Source of the DNA: Utricularia gibba
Lineage: Eukaryota > Plantae > Magnoliophyta
Length of the DNA: 64,000 nt
Direction: 5' to 3'
Assembly (NCBI GenBank): GCA_002189035.1
Contig: NEEC01000023.1
Coordinates: 879,017 to 943,016, forward strand
Part shown: positions 1-13,020 of the stretch, piece by piece
Layout: every line of letters starts with the position of its first letter
Numbering within the stretch: the first letter of the stretch is position 1
The notes under the pieces: model-generated
Seen by the model: the letters and a program-made list of their open reading frames with translations, nothing else
What the model was told of the DNA's origin: nothing
The model's database searches: none
Program-made: the position numbers and the translations under genes

Positions 1-503
1 GACACAAAATAAATCCTCAGTTTGGCAGAGTCTAAGATCATTTGCAAATGGGATTTTAGGCATATGGAAGAGATTCTGATCTGCGTGCGTGGTTGGGGAA
101 TGAGCATGGTTGCTACATACATCGTCTTCTTGAGGAGATCATGAAGTTACACTCCTGTCCTCTGGAATTAAGCAAGAGGGCCCCTTCCAATTGTGCTCGC
201 ATATTTTGATTGTTCGTCATGTTCACTTTCATGGTTGCTTCTAAATAGGTGATACGGGCATCATCCAAAGGCACAGTCGCCGTGAGTTTGGGTGGTCGGG
301 GGCTGCAGGGCAGTTGCCGTCCAGATCCCCAGGCGGGTACATAGGTACTTGACTTATGAGGTTTATTTTTAGACACTCCGCGAACAAACATAGGTGGAGA
401 TGAGAAGAGGCAGGGTCAGCCAAGGCAACCTCCACAAATCTCCATTTTATTTCCGGAGAATGGTTTAACGACTCGCCACCGCCGAGTGAGAATGTAAGGT
501 AAA

Positions 504-1036
504 CTACTTGCGAAGCGGCTCCCCCGCACCGTCTCCAGTTCCCGATCCGCGCCATGCCCCATGGCTGGGGGAGTTCCCCATCGGCGTAGTGCCCGCGGCG
601 GCGACCCTCTCCAAGGACTGAACTTGGTTCTTGAGAAACTTAACGTAATGAATGGCCTCGTCGAGCATGGAGGCGGTGTCCATCCTACTCCCGCCTGGGA
701 CGAGTCGCTGCAGAATCCGAATCCTGTGGCTGATCCTCTCCCGACGGTGGCGCGCCGCCACGCTCTGCGGGTCGGTGGAGATCTTGACGTTCCTCCTCTT
801 GGGGGCCTCAGGGAGTCAGGGTCGATGTCAACGGGCTGCATAGCCGCGATTCTGAATATCATTTCCCTCATCGCCGAGAACTGGGCGGCAGTTTCTTGGG
901 GCCCTGAGGAAGAAGAGGGCGGAGAAGGACGGTAAAGGTGTGAGAGCTGAGGGACGTTGTCCATTTGCATGAGCAGCAGCATCATCTCCATCTGGTGTTC
1001 ATCGCTTGGGGGTGACGTGAACAAGTCAACATCCAT
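504..1036 (-). CDS. HEC: HECATE-like (HEC1/HEC2-type) bHLH transcription factor, intronless, apparent 1-nt frameshift at 801-805
   Basis: HEC motif [19 protein letters not shown] in ORF 416..1036 and b[45 protein letters not shown] in ORF 504..761. Adding one base to the G5 run at 801-805 joins them through the conserved [23 protein letters not shown]. The C-terminal end is uncertain. Confidence 0.9.
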
Positions 1037-2211
1037 GGAATGGGCAAGCCGTGCAGAAGAGTGAGAGAGATAGAAGCAGAGTGTGAATGAACCCTACCCA
1101 CACACACACCCCCTACATATAGGCAGACAGGCAGACAAGACAAAGGGACTGACTCGTGGAGGAGTAACTCCATGACTTTCTCAAATGGGGGTGGGGGTGG
1201 GGTGGTGGAGGAGGAGAGGAGAGGAGAGGGGAGCGTCTGATGAATGAATTGATAGGTAAGTTGAAGCAGGGGGGGATTGGCTGGCAGACCGACCAATGAG
1301 AGGGAGGGTCGGTCGTGGAAGATAGATGTAAGAAAGAAACAAGCCCAAGCCAAGCCAAGCCCTGTGCGGAGCGGAGCGGAGCGGAGACATGCCTCTTTTT
1401 CTTCAAATCCCAGTCCCAGCTCACTACTAGTTTTACCAGAGGTAAGGCTCCCCTCGCACCTGCCCCGTCCAGTCCAGATCAGCCCTGCCCTGCCCTGAAA
1501 GGCTGGAAGTGACCAAAATGGCCTGAGCGAGGAAAAGAACACAGGGATGAGCCCCACCCACATGCCCGGCTTCAGAAGAAAGCTGTGGGATTGGATTTCT
1601 CCTCCGCTTTGAAAAAATGGAACACAATCCCCCATGGCGCCCTTAAAATATTCATTCCGCACGCAACCCCAGCCACTCGATTGGGCTGGGGCTGGGGCTG
1701 CTCAGTAAAAAATGGTGGCTCCACCAATCAAATCAAATCCTCTCTCCCTCTTTTTTTGGTGATCCAGATCAACTAACTCTACTTACGAGGAAAGACAGAT
1801 AGACGAACCCACCCTCGTGTCGGGGAGTGCAGGAGTCCAGGAGAAGAGCTTGTCATTTTATTCACTAGACTACGTATCCGCGCCATGCTCTGCCTTGTAC
1901 ATATGTCGTCGGCATTTCTAGATACTAAGAGCCTTCCATCATCGGGCAGTGACAGACGCTGGGAGAGGAAGTGGTCCTCGTTCGTGCCCCTGAAACTTCC
2001 TTGTTGCATGGACCAAAACAAGCAAGCTTCCCAGTTTGGAATGAATGTCATGGAATTGGAATTTGTGGAGGAAAAGAGACCCAGAGAAAGTGTTGTGCCC
2101 GCTGCTCAACTTTATGAGGTAACACACGATGAATATCTTGTTTATGTTGTGTTGTTCTCTTTTCTTCTGTTTCTGTGTCGTGCTCACAGCGCTGCGTTTG
2201 GATCGACGCTT

Positions 2212-5200
2212 TCAGCTGTCGGGTTGCCCTGCTAAAAGGCTCACTGAAGGGGATGAGGTGTATTTTGGTCGGATGTTGTACAGCAACGGAATGTTGGCTG
2301 GGCTGGCACCGAGTTCGGCCTCCCGAAAGGTTACCTCGAACATCAGCGGCTCGTATAGGCATACCTCATCTTCCTTGCAGTAGTACACCTGAACATGATG
2401 ATACTTTTACTACTCGTGTTTGTGTCGCATGATTTGCTTGGAAATGATGTTACCTTGCAGTAGATCATGCCCTTGGAAGAGGAAGGGGAGGACCTTGCGA
2501 ACTTAACTATGGCGGATCCTCCAGCCCCAATATTTCCTTCTGATGGGTCAACTACAGCTGCATCTTCTGGCTCAAACTCCACAGAGAATTTACTCTGTGC
2601 TTCCTGGTACATCACCAACAAGTATACACATGATGAAGACGTTTGGTCCTAACATGCACATTTGTCTGTGAAGCAGATGCATGTCTTAATAGGGGGCTGG
2701 CTAACCTTGGAAAAATGGTAGCCCTCGGGTAGACTGATCGCAAGATGAAGTTTCCCCTCGTTTGACGAGCCACCATCCACCAATATTGTTCTCGTCTCAG
2801 CAGACGACCTCCTTCTAAGGCGTCTTAAAGTCTTGGTTTTGGGTGCTGGAGGTGATACGCCTCTGAACTCCAGCGTAGCAAGGACTGGTTTCTCGTGGTT
2901 CAGGTCCAGAATTCTTATTAAGCTGTTGTTTGTGTCGGCAATGAATAATCTTCCTGCATGATGACACTCTGGGGATCAACCATCCATATGCATAGTTGCC
3001 TCCAGGGAGAAATTACCTTTTCCATCTTCCACCAGCCCCGATGGTTCCGAAAGCTACGGAATGCAAGAAAAAAACATCTTAGTAACAAGCCAAGCCACAC
3101 TACCGCCACTCCGTGCTATCAGCAGAACAGCATCTCTCTGTTTCTAGTTTCAGACCTCTCTCTTTCACACACTCCGTAAAAATTTTTAACTGAGGATGGT
3201 TATTTTTTTCACACATTGCCTACATTTGTAATGCACAGTTGAAGAGATTACAAATGGCGGAGAAAAAGAGGTGCATTTTAACCTGCGCTTCTGAAGCCAA
3301 TCCATCCTTGAAACCAGCCTTCCCAGTACCAGCTAACGTGCTCACTCTCCTGCTAGCTAAATCCAGCTTCTTAACCTAACAAAAAAACAAAATGTGGAGG
3401 CCAGTTTTACGACCCCGACATTCACCAGCTCATTTGACTTGCAGGAGGCAACAATTTACCTTGTGATTGTAAGAATCTGTGATATATACTTGGCCTTGGT
3501 TCCCACAGAAAACTCCTAAGGGATGCTGGAGAAGTACTTCCGACCCTGCCCCATCATGGTCCCCAAACTGCAAACCCAGTACGACCAAGTTTATCAGACC
3601 TGCAGTTACCATGTCAGCGCGAAGTTTGATGGCGGACTGACCTTGAATAAGTTGTCGGAGAACATGGGGTCCCCGCCAGCTAGTAGTCTAGACCCCCAGT
3701 TCCTAGATCAAGTGCTCGGATGGAGCTACTCTCACTGTCAGCAATGTAGGCTTCGCTCAAATCTGCTGGAGTAACCAGCCTTTAGACATCTTAATAGCAA
3801 TGCATCTCGTGGCCTACAGAATCGAACGACCGTAAGCAGTCATTTTGTTACATACCGGGAGACAGGGAGATCCCAGAAGGCTGAGCAAACGATGTGCTCC
3901 TCGAACTGTAGGGGAAGTTCACACAAAATATGGGTGTCTTGATTAAGCAAGAGGGCGGTCACAGTTGCAGCTTGAGGTAGAGTTAATAACCTGCTGCCAT
4001 TCAAATTTCTTTCGAAGCCGTCGCCACTGAGCGCTCTAGTTGTTCCATCTTTTGTACTGTGTTTCCAAATCTGGTGCTGACCGGCCATTGCAATGTACAC
4101 AGCATCATTTTTACCATCAAAGCAGACATCCCATGGGGAATTCAGGAGCTGAAAGCATAGTTCAAAAAATAATAATGCAAAGACACTTTTCAGCTGCCTC
4201 AAAATAAGTAATTTTCACATGGAAATGCGTTTTCTTGTATTTTCCAAGGAAGAAAAGCTCATGCCTGTGATTTTCCAGATCCTCCTCCCTGGTAGTCAGA
4301 GCCTTTCGTCCCATTTCCAGCAAGTGTGCGCACACTCTCGTTGACAAAGTCAATCACCCTGCAGCAGAAGAAAATCAATGTAAAAGGGAATACAACCGGG
4401 CTGCATCTCATGAAATACACTGAACCAGCAACCCTTCCAATGAATTTTCCCGTTTCCAGAACATATCTACCTTAGAGCATGATTCTCGGTGTCAGCTACG
4501 TATAGGACGTTTTTTTTGTTATTGTAAGCAAGTCCCTGAGCAGCAGAGTTGGCACTGTTACTTAGAAGATAAAGAGTAGGACGACGAAGGTACTCAAATG
4601 TCATTACCTGAGGGCGTCTGAACATGGCATCCTCAAAATTCCCATCAAGAAAGCCCTCTTCCCCACTGCTTCCTATTTGCATTTTAAAGTTGCCCTCCAG
4701 ATCAGTGACAACCTGCATCCATCCTCATCAATGTATTACAATCCAAAAAAAAAAAAAAATCAGAACAAATTCCGTTACACAAAGAAGAAAAGATTGTTCC
4801 ATGTTAGTTCCATCCTGTTGGAAGATCATTTCGAGAAACCAAGTAAGCATAAACAGTAACTCACTATGCGGTTGTGATTGCTGTCAGAAATGAATAATCT
4901 GTCATTGATGACATCAACTTCCAGCTTTCCAGGAAACTTGAAAGGAGAGCTCAAATATCTGGCGTCCTTGTCCTTCTCCAAACTTAGAGGAATGCGGGTG
5001 TCAACCAATACTTTCTTTCCACCATAATATGTTAAGGCTGCTTCAACCAGGTCATCCAGGTCCTACAAAGGGATGGATTCAAGGGATATAGCGATCCATT
5101 GATGGTCCAATTGATTATACTCACACACCGAAAAAAGGTAACCACAGATAAGCATAAAAGCGGAACGCATGACCACTAGCCATTTTGGCGGCAAACACCT

Positions 5201-8200
5201 TACGATGGCCTTCACCAGATACTTGTGCTATGACCTTTCCATCGGGTGCAACCATCACAAATGTGGGCCATGAGCTTATCCCCAGTTCTCTCCATAAATG
5301 CATATCACCATCATTAACGACCTGAGAATCAACTCCCAGGTATTACAATATATAAATTGCTGTCCGATGCATTGGCCAAAGTAAAATAGAAATCGAAATG
5401 AACATTCAAGATTACAGCAACAACTCACTGGATGAGTGACACCATAACGTAAAACTGCATTTCGAATGGCCTCCAGGTCTTTTTCATTGTCGAACTTGGC
5501 TGAATGTACTCCCACAACAACAAACTACAAAAAAGAAAAAAAAAAGATAGTGCAGTATTAAAACAATGACCCTGAAGGCAATTTGGAAGTTCCAACATGG
5601 TAACTATGGACACAGGTAATGGTGTTTCTCAGGGTAAGCAAAGTAGATCTTCGTCCTAATTCTTTCTGTATTAATGGAATCTTCTTGTGCAAAAAAGCAT
5701 GAGCTCACACACACATTAAAAATTGTGTACATATATCGATGGAAAAGAATGATGAGCGAAGACAAGCTTGCCAGACAAATCTACAGGCTATTTGAAACCT
5801 AACTGGAGAATCCTTGAACTTCTTCTCGAGGAACTCCAAGTCTGGCAACACATGCATGCAATTTATACAGCAATAAGTCCAGAAATCAAGAAGGACTACT
5901 TTTCCCTTCAAATCCTGTCAAGCCAGAACATAATCATATGATCAGTTTTTCTTCTGAGAATCCATGCGGAAAGTCAAAAGGCCATGGCATCGCACTGCAT
6001 CACGGGAAGATGAGCATGTGTGCATAAAAAGATTTATCCAAACAGATACTTACTCCATCAAGCTTGCATGGGAAATTTGCAAATTTATCAAGCATCCAAC
6101 AAATATTGTGTGTAAAATCTTAAATCTGTAGATGTTGAGGTATTTGCTACTTCGTCAATCAATCTAAATGCTAACAAATGCGAAAATCCTACTATCAGGA
6201 TAAAAACAGCATGTATTCAAAGTATAAAAATATGATGAATATATGGATTGATGATTGGGTATGCAGCTTCAAACAAAGTAGAAAAGTAGCAAGCCTAATT
6301 CACAATGTGAGAGGGTGAAAGAGAAATCCAATGATTCAAGTGTAGCGATTGTGATTTACCCTCCGTAACTGAAGAGGAGCAGCATTTAGCCAGTCAAGAT
6401 TAGAAGGAAATTCAGGAAGAGTTGTTGCAGTACCCCTAGAAAATGGTGTGAAACTAAGATACATAAAAAGATTACAATAATAAAACAAGAGCAGCAGAAT
6501 ATTTCATACGACAACTAAAAATTTCAACATGAAGCTGCACTTGATCAGAGCTTGACACCTATTTAAAATGAGTAACTTCTTACCTCTTATCTAAATCTGA
6601 CATGTAGTTTACGAACTGTTGGACTCTCTCATAACGAGATTCTTCTGAAACCATCAAATGCCAGAGCATGATTAAGTTTACTTTTTATTGACCATGAAAA
6701 GATTATGATACACATCTTCACGTACAATGAGATGTATACCAGTTTACATAACATTTTATGCCATAAAGCTCCATTAAGAGAACAGAAATTTAGACCAAAA
6801 TATAAATTTAAACGTCAAAGTATGTACCTCTTGATCCAAGGGGAGGGATGTTTGGTGGGAAGAACAAGTTCCATATTGCTTTCGGTGATGCATATTGCAG
6901 AGCCTAAAATGTTAGAAAATCTTCCAAATGAACATCCAAATCTAAGATAAAGTACATGAACTGGAGTTAATTTCTTGTCACACAAAAAAAGGCATACTTG
7001 CTTGTTGGTGACGGTGAAGAGAAGGCAAGAAACTGCAACTGCTAAACTTCCATATCTTATAAACTCCCTTCGAGAGCCCTGAAACCTGTGCCCAGATCAA
7101 GTTTTCAACTTGGATTTCCTTTTTTGAGGGTTAGAACTTGCAAGAAAACAGTAAGACAGGAAAATGGATTCAGGATTATTCAACTGAATAATTACTAGAA
7201 AATCACTTGCACCTTCCAATTGAGAATACAGAATCTTCCATTGAAACGCCATCTAGAGATGACTGAAGTTCTCTTCCAGATGCTTTTGGTACGCTTTGGG
7301 TTGAAACAATGCCAGGCTGGGAAGGCTGTTTCTCTTGATCTGCAATGTTCATTATCAGATACTACCTAAATACCAATCCCATCATACGCAACCGCAAACA
7401 CTGTTGCAGAAAGGAGAATTAACTCGGGTTCTTTTTTTAAAAAAAATGCTTGTGGAATTAGAATGTAGTTTACAACATAGTTAGCTTTCATTCAACTTTA
7501 GATCCATTACAGGATACACTCTTTCAAGATAAAGATAAGTAATGACAAAACTTAATTCGTAACTCTAGTTCCCAGCTACATACTATGGTAACCAGAACAA
7601 CCATTCAGAATATCCTGCAGAGTAATATCTCCAATGCTCCTTCGGATAAGGGATGGGCCAGCTCCCTTCAAGTTATCTTCTTCCAAAGTTGTTGTCACGG
7701 CAATGCACCTGAAGCACAAGAAATGCGGGAAAAACCTCGAAATTTTCAAACAGAGAAGCCAGGCTATGGTATCAGCAGTTAAAAAGAACAGAGAGAAGAA
7801 AAGGAAAGAACTCCAGCAGAAGAGTAACCACCATCAGAAAGTCGTACATAAAAGGGTGGCAAGAAAATAAAAGAAGAAAAAGGAAGCTAAGAGCCCAGTA
7901 AGAAAATGGATTAAAGACCATCCCCCACTCCATCCCCGACAAAAATAAAGAAACAAAACAAAAGAGTCTTAAATAGTAATCAACACATGATGGATTGGAA
8001 ACATGTGCCAGGTACCTCATCCCAGCTGACTTGGCAGCTTGGACTCCTGCTAGAGCATCTTCTATGACTATACACTGCATGGCATTAAAAAGCCAAAGTT
8101 TGGTTACTACTTTAACGCTTCAAAACTTACTCTATTGAATTCCTAAAAAGTTTCAGAAAACAAACATCAAATAATTACCTCATTTATTGGTACATCTAAC

Positions 8201-9370
8201 CTCTTTGATGCGTTTAAAAAAATGTCAGGTGCCGGTTTTAAGTTTTCAAATGAATCAGCTGAGACAATAGCATCAAACCTGTTAAATAATTAATCAAATT
8301 CCAAGTGGAGGAACTATCAAAAATAAAAATTATTAAACACTACATGTCGGCAATGAAAAAGGATTCAGATGAACATCGCTTCATGCTATAAAACGCACAT
8401 AGACTAGTCAAAGTCGCATAAGCGTAGCTTACAATGTCAGTGGCAAACCGGCAGCTTCCAAATTTGCATTAACCTTGATGCGATCAGCACTAGATGCAAC
8501 AGCAACTTTAAGCCCCTTTTCTTTACACTGGGTGTATGGAACAATAATGTCTAGTGACAAATGATTACGGAAAGCAAAAATAGTTGTCAGAGGATAATAC
8601 CTGAACAATTAGCTCATAGGCACCCGGGAAACCAATACCAGTATTAGGCTTCGCATACTGAAGCAAGTCAAATGTTTGCAGCCAATTGAGTGCATACTAC
8701 GGCAAGTGAAGACAGCTATAACTTCAAAGGTATAAAATCCTTAATCACCTTTTCCAGATATATGTCAAAAAATCTTTTCTTTGCTGTCATAGGATCAAAC
8801 CCTTCCACACCCTTTGCTAAAGCAACACCACCCAAAAAATTTGCCTCGCCTATCCCGTATATGTTACAATATGGAAGTTCAGGAAATTAAGGATCGATGA
8901 AGAAAATAATGCATTTAGATTATAGCGAAGCGGATATGAAACAGAATTCCAGACGCAATTAAAGGGAAGGTCCAGGCTTTTACGCCCGAACCATAATAAG
9001 GTCAACCTGTGCCCATGAAAGGAATAAAATCTTGAGGCGTGACTTGGACACCCATTTCCGCAAAGACATCAACTGCAGCCAGCCGTGACAGTTCTTCACT
9101 GTTGCATAGCACTCCGTCCATATCAAACAGCACAGCCGAAACCTTTCCCCATTCTTTCCCAGTTTCCAGTACATTCTTCTCACCCAACGTCATGCGAGCT
9201 GACAAGTTTTTTCCTGCAAATCTTCTCCTACCAACAAGGAACAGCATTTCATCTTGCCGATGCCAGTGGTGCTCGATAGTTCTTGCTTTTGGGTTAAAAA
9301 ACAACAGGCCCCTGAAATGGGTCGTCGAAAGGTTAGCAGAAAAAGGCGATGAGACAAGCCTCAAGGCCAT
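2212..9370 (-). CDS. SOQ1: SUPPRESSOR OF QUENCHING 1: chloroplast HAD hydrolase + TM + thioredoxin-like + NHL-repeat protein, about 28 exons
   Basis: Transit peptide then HAD motif FDMDGVLC, Trx-like [11 protein letters not shown] repeats ([38 protein letters not shown]), C-terminal [15 protein letters not shown] at 9370, TGA at 2212-2214. Exons traced in frame except a 1-nt loss in C5 at 3693-3697 (restores [12 protein letters not shown]). GC donor at 4264. Confidence 0.95.
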
Positions 9371-10171
9371 TCTCGAGCTCGAGCCGGAGGGAAAAAAAAA
9401 AAAAAAAACCACTCTTTCAATTATCTACAAATTCCTTCTTTGGTCAGCAGCGGTTATGGATAATTATGGCTCCCTCGTCGCACTTCATCCATTGATTTTT
9501 TTTTTCATTTTTTCTTTTTTAAAAAACCATACATGCTTTAGCATCGGATTCGCCCCAGGTAAGTTTTTGCGCGGGATAAGGTGGCGCACGCAGCGGCGCA
9601 TTTTAGCACCCCTTTCCAGTGCAAGATAAGCTTCTTTGGCCCATAAACACACACGTTAGCGGTCAATGTTGGCATGTACTTCAGCGCAAGTTAACCAAGA
9701 GATTTAGCACGGCCTGAATTCTCACACAGATCGATATTTTCTAAATCCCCAAAATTACCGGTGCATTTCAAAATTACTTCAATTGCACATTTAAAGTTGT
9801 CGACCAGTCTCCCATTACATTACATCGTTTGGCAGAGACGAGGTGTACGATAGTGGTGCAATTTAGTGAACGCAATTGCGGCATAAGACCGCGGCGCATT
9901 TCAGCTTGAGTTGGCGTACGCTAGCGGCTCATTTTTATTTTAGCTGTGAATTCTAGCATTATTTATGTATTGCGGCACAAGGTAGCAGCGCATGTTTATT
10001 CCATTTGCTGCTAAGGTGCGCATTTTAGCATCCATTTTCATTGTGCGCCGCGAGCGTTGCAGACGGAGGCGCATTTTAGAATCGTGGAGTAAACCGCAAT
10101 CCAGTGGGGGGCGAGGGAAGAATACTCGAATCCGCACCGATCTGCCACTGCAAAACCAGAATAGCGAAGAA

Positions 10172-10557
10172 ATGATAAGGAAGAAGTTGGGCAAGAAAGT
10201 TATTCTGAAATACGACAATGATGCCGTTTTCTGGGGTTGGTTTCTTATGATAGCTGGTTCTTCTTCCCTAGCGATTTTTGTCTACGCCGCCATGGTCTCG
10301 AAGCTTCTGCCTTCATCCCCCAGTCCTCTAATCCGCGCCATACAGAACGACTGGTATATCTCACCCTCTTGGGATACGACAGCATCAGCATCCTCTTCAT
10401 ACACAAAAGAATTTGTGGTGTGTCTATCCCGGAGAGCGTGACTGTGGGATCGTGATTTTGCAGGTATTATTGCTTCCTGGTGCCTTTGACGATCCCAATC
10501 ATCACAGTTGCTGTGTACTTTCACTGGCTGAGCATGAAGTTGTTCAAGCATGCCTGA
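10172..10557 (+). CDS. PIG-Y-like small membrane protein (GPI-GlcNAc transferase subunit Y family), 2 exons
   Basis: Exon 1 ends at 10353 (GACTG|GTAT); exon 2 spans 10464-10557. Spliced product FWGWFLMIAGSSSLAIFVYAAMVSKLLP...AIQNDWYYCFLVPLTIPIITVAVYFHWLSMKLFKHA* fits the plant PIG-Y family. The start codon is uncertain because an in-frame ATG also exists at 9992. Confidence 0.8.
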
Positions 10558-10795
10558 AACAATCCCAGATGCCAAAGATAGATGAAGCAGCAGAACAGAT
10601 TCATCATCTCCCTTTAAGATCCACCCATTCGTCACCGAGTTAGTCAATACACGAGGTACTTCATTGGTCAAAAACAAGTACAAAAGGGTAACAAGGCAAT
10701 TGTGAGCAACCTTCGTGTGCTATTGATGCTGTAGCTTTGTTAGTGCAATGTGGAACCTTTTTTTGGTATCAATGCAGAGTGCAAGGTGTTGTTGC

Positions 10796-11854
10796 CTATT
10801 TTCCGTCTTCATCTGCGAGAAGAGCGTCTTCCTTCTCACTGGGAGTAGTAGCTATCGCGGGGCTGGTGTTGGTTTTCTTGCTGGTCGACTGCTGGTACAG
10901 AATCCCACCTCCCAAACAGATGAGGAGTCCCACAGTTCCAATGAACCTGGAGTGCTTGTCCCAAACTGACAGGTTTATAATAACTGTCAGAAGCTTGTTA
11001 ACGACCCCGAGAACGGTGAATCCGGTGGCTGAAATGCTTCTCCGGCAAGAGAATCCAAAGAAGGAGATGGATAAACCGAAGAGGCATGAAAGTGCAACAG
11101 GTAAGACCACGGAGAACGAAAAGAAGTCGGGCTTATCTAGAACTTCATGCCCCATGGTTCCCAGCTCCCCGGTTATGAGCAACTCTACAGGAAACAGCAG
11201 CAAGGCCTCGAGGTTGTTGTACAACACGAGCCCCCATGTGCTCAACCCAATGGTCATCACGATATGCTTTATGTAAACAAAATCTATGGATACGGTCACC
11301 AAGTAAGCTACAGCCCAGCTGTAAGCTGTGAGAGTGAACTGATAATCGGTTAGGACATAGATCACACTACCAGCAAGTATGATGGAAAGGGAGGCCCATG
11401 TCTGCAACGTTGGCCACGGCTGCTGCAAGAAGATGGATTCTCCAATAGCAACAAATATGGGAACCGCCGACCGGAAAACAATGAAAGTGTCCACGTTCGC
11501 ATGAATCAGTAACTCACTATTGGTAAAGATTGTCATATAGAACATTGCAGCAGCAGGTAAAAATCTCCACATGGTAACAAGTTGGAGCTTATCGTGCTCG
11601 ATTAGCTTAAGCCTCCCACCTACTAAGACACCAAACACACTGGTGAAGTACTGCAAGGCTGTGAGAGTTCCCGGGTAGGGAAATCTCATCACTGCCCATT
11701 TGTTTATGATAGCCAGCAAGGAACCAGAAAGGCAGTAACCAATAGCAATCACATATATAGCAGCTTGTTGGGTCAGTCCGATGTACCAAGAGTGTACATT
11801 TTCAGCGACAGAAGAGGGTTTTTCATCTTTAGGACTCTCAACATCGCTCGACAT
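10796..11854 (-). CDS. GONST3: Golgi GDP-sugar transporter GONST3/GGLT1-like, intronless CDS (352 aa)
   Basis: YCLSGSLLAIINKWA, ANVDTFIVFRS, GLSTWGLVLYNNLEAL, ISATGFTVLGVVNKLLTV motifs, close to Arabidopsis GONST3 as recalled. Confidence 0.92.
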   Translation of the reverse strand: MSSDVESPKDEKPSSVAENVHSWYIGLTQQAAIYVIAIGYCLSGSLLAIINKWAVMRFPYPGTLTALQYFTSVFGVLVGGRLKLIEHDKLQLVTMWRFLPAAAMFYMTIFTNSELLIHANVDTFIVFRSAVPIFVAIGESIFLQQPWPTLQTWASLSIILAGSVIYVLTDYQFTLTAYSWAVAYLVTVSIDFVYIKHIVMTIGLSTWGLVLYNNLEALLLFPVELLITGELGTMGHEVLDKPDFFSFSVVLPVALSCLFGLSISFFGFSCRRSISATGFTVLGVVNKLLTVIINLSVWDKHSRFIGTVGLLICLGGGILYQQSTSKKTNTSPAIATTPSEKEDALLADEDGK

Positions 11855-13020
11855 CTGAACTGAAGAACAACATACACATGAATAATGAATGCAATATCAC
11901 AGCAGGAAGCCGAAAATCAAATCTCACGGATTTGCAGCAGCAGAATGGCAGGCACCGAGTTCCCAGATGGAGTCCGGCCATGTTGTTGCAATGCTTATAT
12001 AGACCAAATTGTCAACCATCGATTCTCCAATAAATTAAACAATAAATAAAAGACGTAGATATGGGGATTAGCCTGCGGCCGATGCCATAAGTTGAATTCT
12101 TGTATATACCTATACAACACCTATACACGTTCAGAGAGAAAGTTCAAACGGAGACTCGGGGGCACCTCCCCTCTTCTTCTTCCTGAAGGCATCAATAAAC
12201 AATAAAAACCCATTAATGTGCTATGCTGGTTGGCCTAATTATATACCGCCATGTGTACATTGCAATGTTTTTTTTCCAGACTCTACCAATATCTTGTCTT
12301 AGCCATCCTCTGCGAGCCCGCCAAGTTAAGGCAGAAATATTTATTGCTACGGCACGCGTTGGAAGAATTCCGAGTTTCTGTCGGAACTCCACTGTCGTAC
12401 TCACCATAACTCGCAGAGCAACAAGGATACCACCGCCCAACACCATTTTTGTGAATAGCAATGTCAAATGAACCTGGTTCTGGTGTGCCTCTGCCTCCCG
12501 ATCACCAAAAAAAAAAAAAAAAAAAAAAAACAAGGGAGACATTGATGTATATATATATTAAGGAGGGATGCTATACAAATTGCACTTCAACCTCATCGAT
12601 GCCTACCATCGTCTTCAGCCTAGAAAAAGGCAAGGCCTTCATTAGAGCACATGTGCAATTCGAAACAAAACCCGCAATTGCTTATCTTACATCAGAACCG
12701 GCTGGTCATCCTTCAATTCCCGAAGATTTCTTCTGTCAAGAGCAATGCCCAAGGAGAAGAATGAATAGTTCCACGTGAACCCAACTGGGCACACCTTGAC
12801 CATGAAGTGAGTACACCTCTATGCACTTTGCAACCATGATTTTTCCGGGATTCGATGATCGACTCTGTTTCCGTGTTTCTCGTCCTTTTGGTTGTTGTGG
12901 TTCTGAATTATCGTTGGTCTGTTTCTTGCTATAAACTTGGTGTTGTGTACTCCCGTTAACAACACAAACCTCTACATTAGTGCTGTTATTGATTGATCCA
13001 CTACAAGATTTGTTCTTTCA

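Noticed and set aside
982-1662. 226-aa minus-strand ORF upstream of HEC
   Set aside because: Crosses purine/pyrimidine and pentamer microsatellites in the HEC promoter; no recognisable domain; low-complexity chance ORF.
9039-11276. Long plus-strand ORFs 9039..9629 and 10737..11276
   Set aside because: Antisense shadows of SOQ1 exon 1 and GONST3; no motifs of their own.
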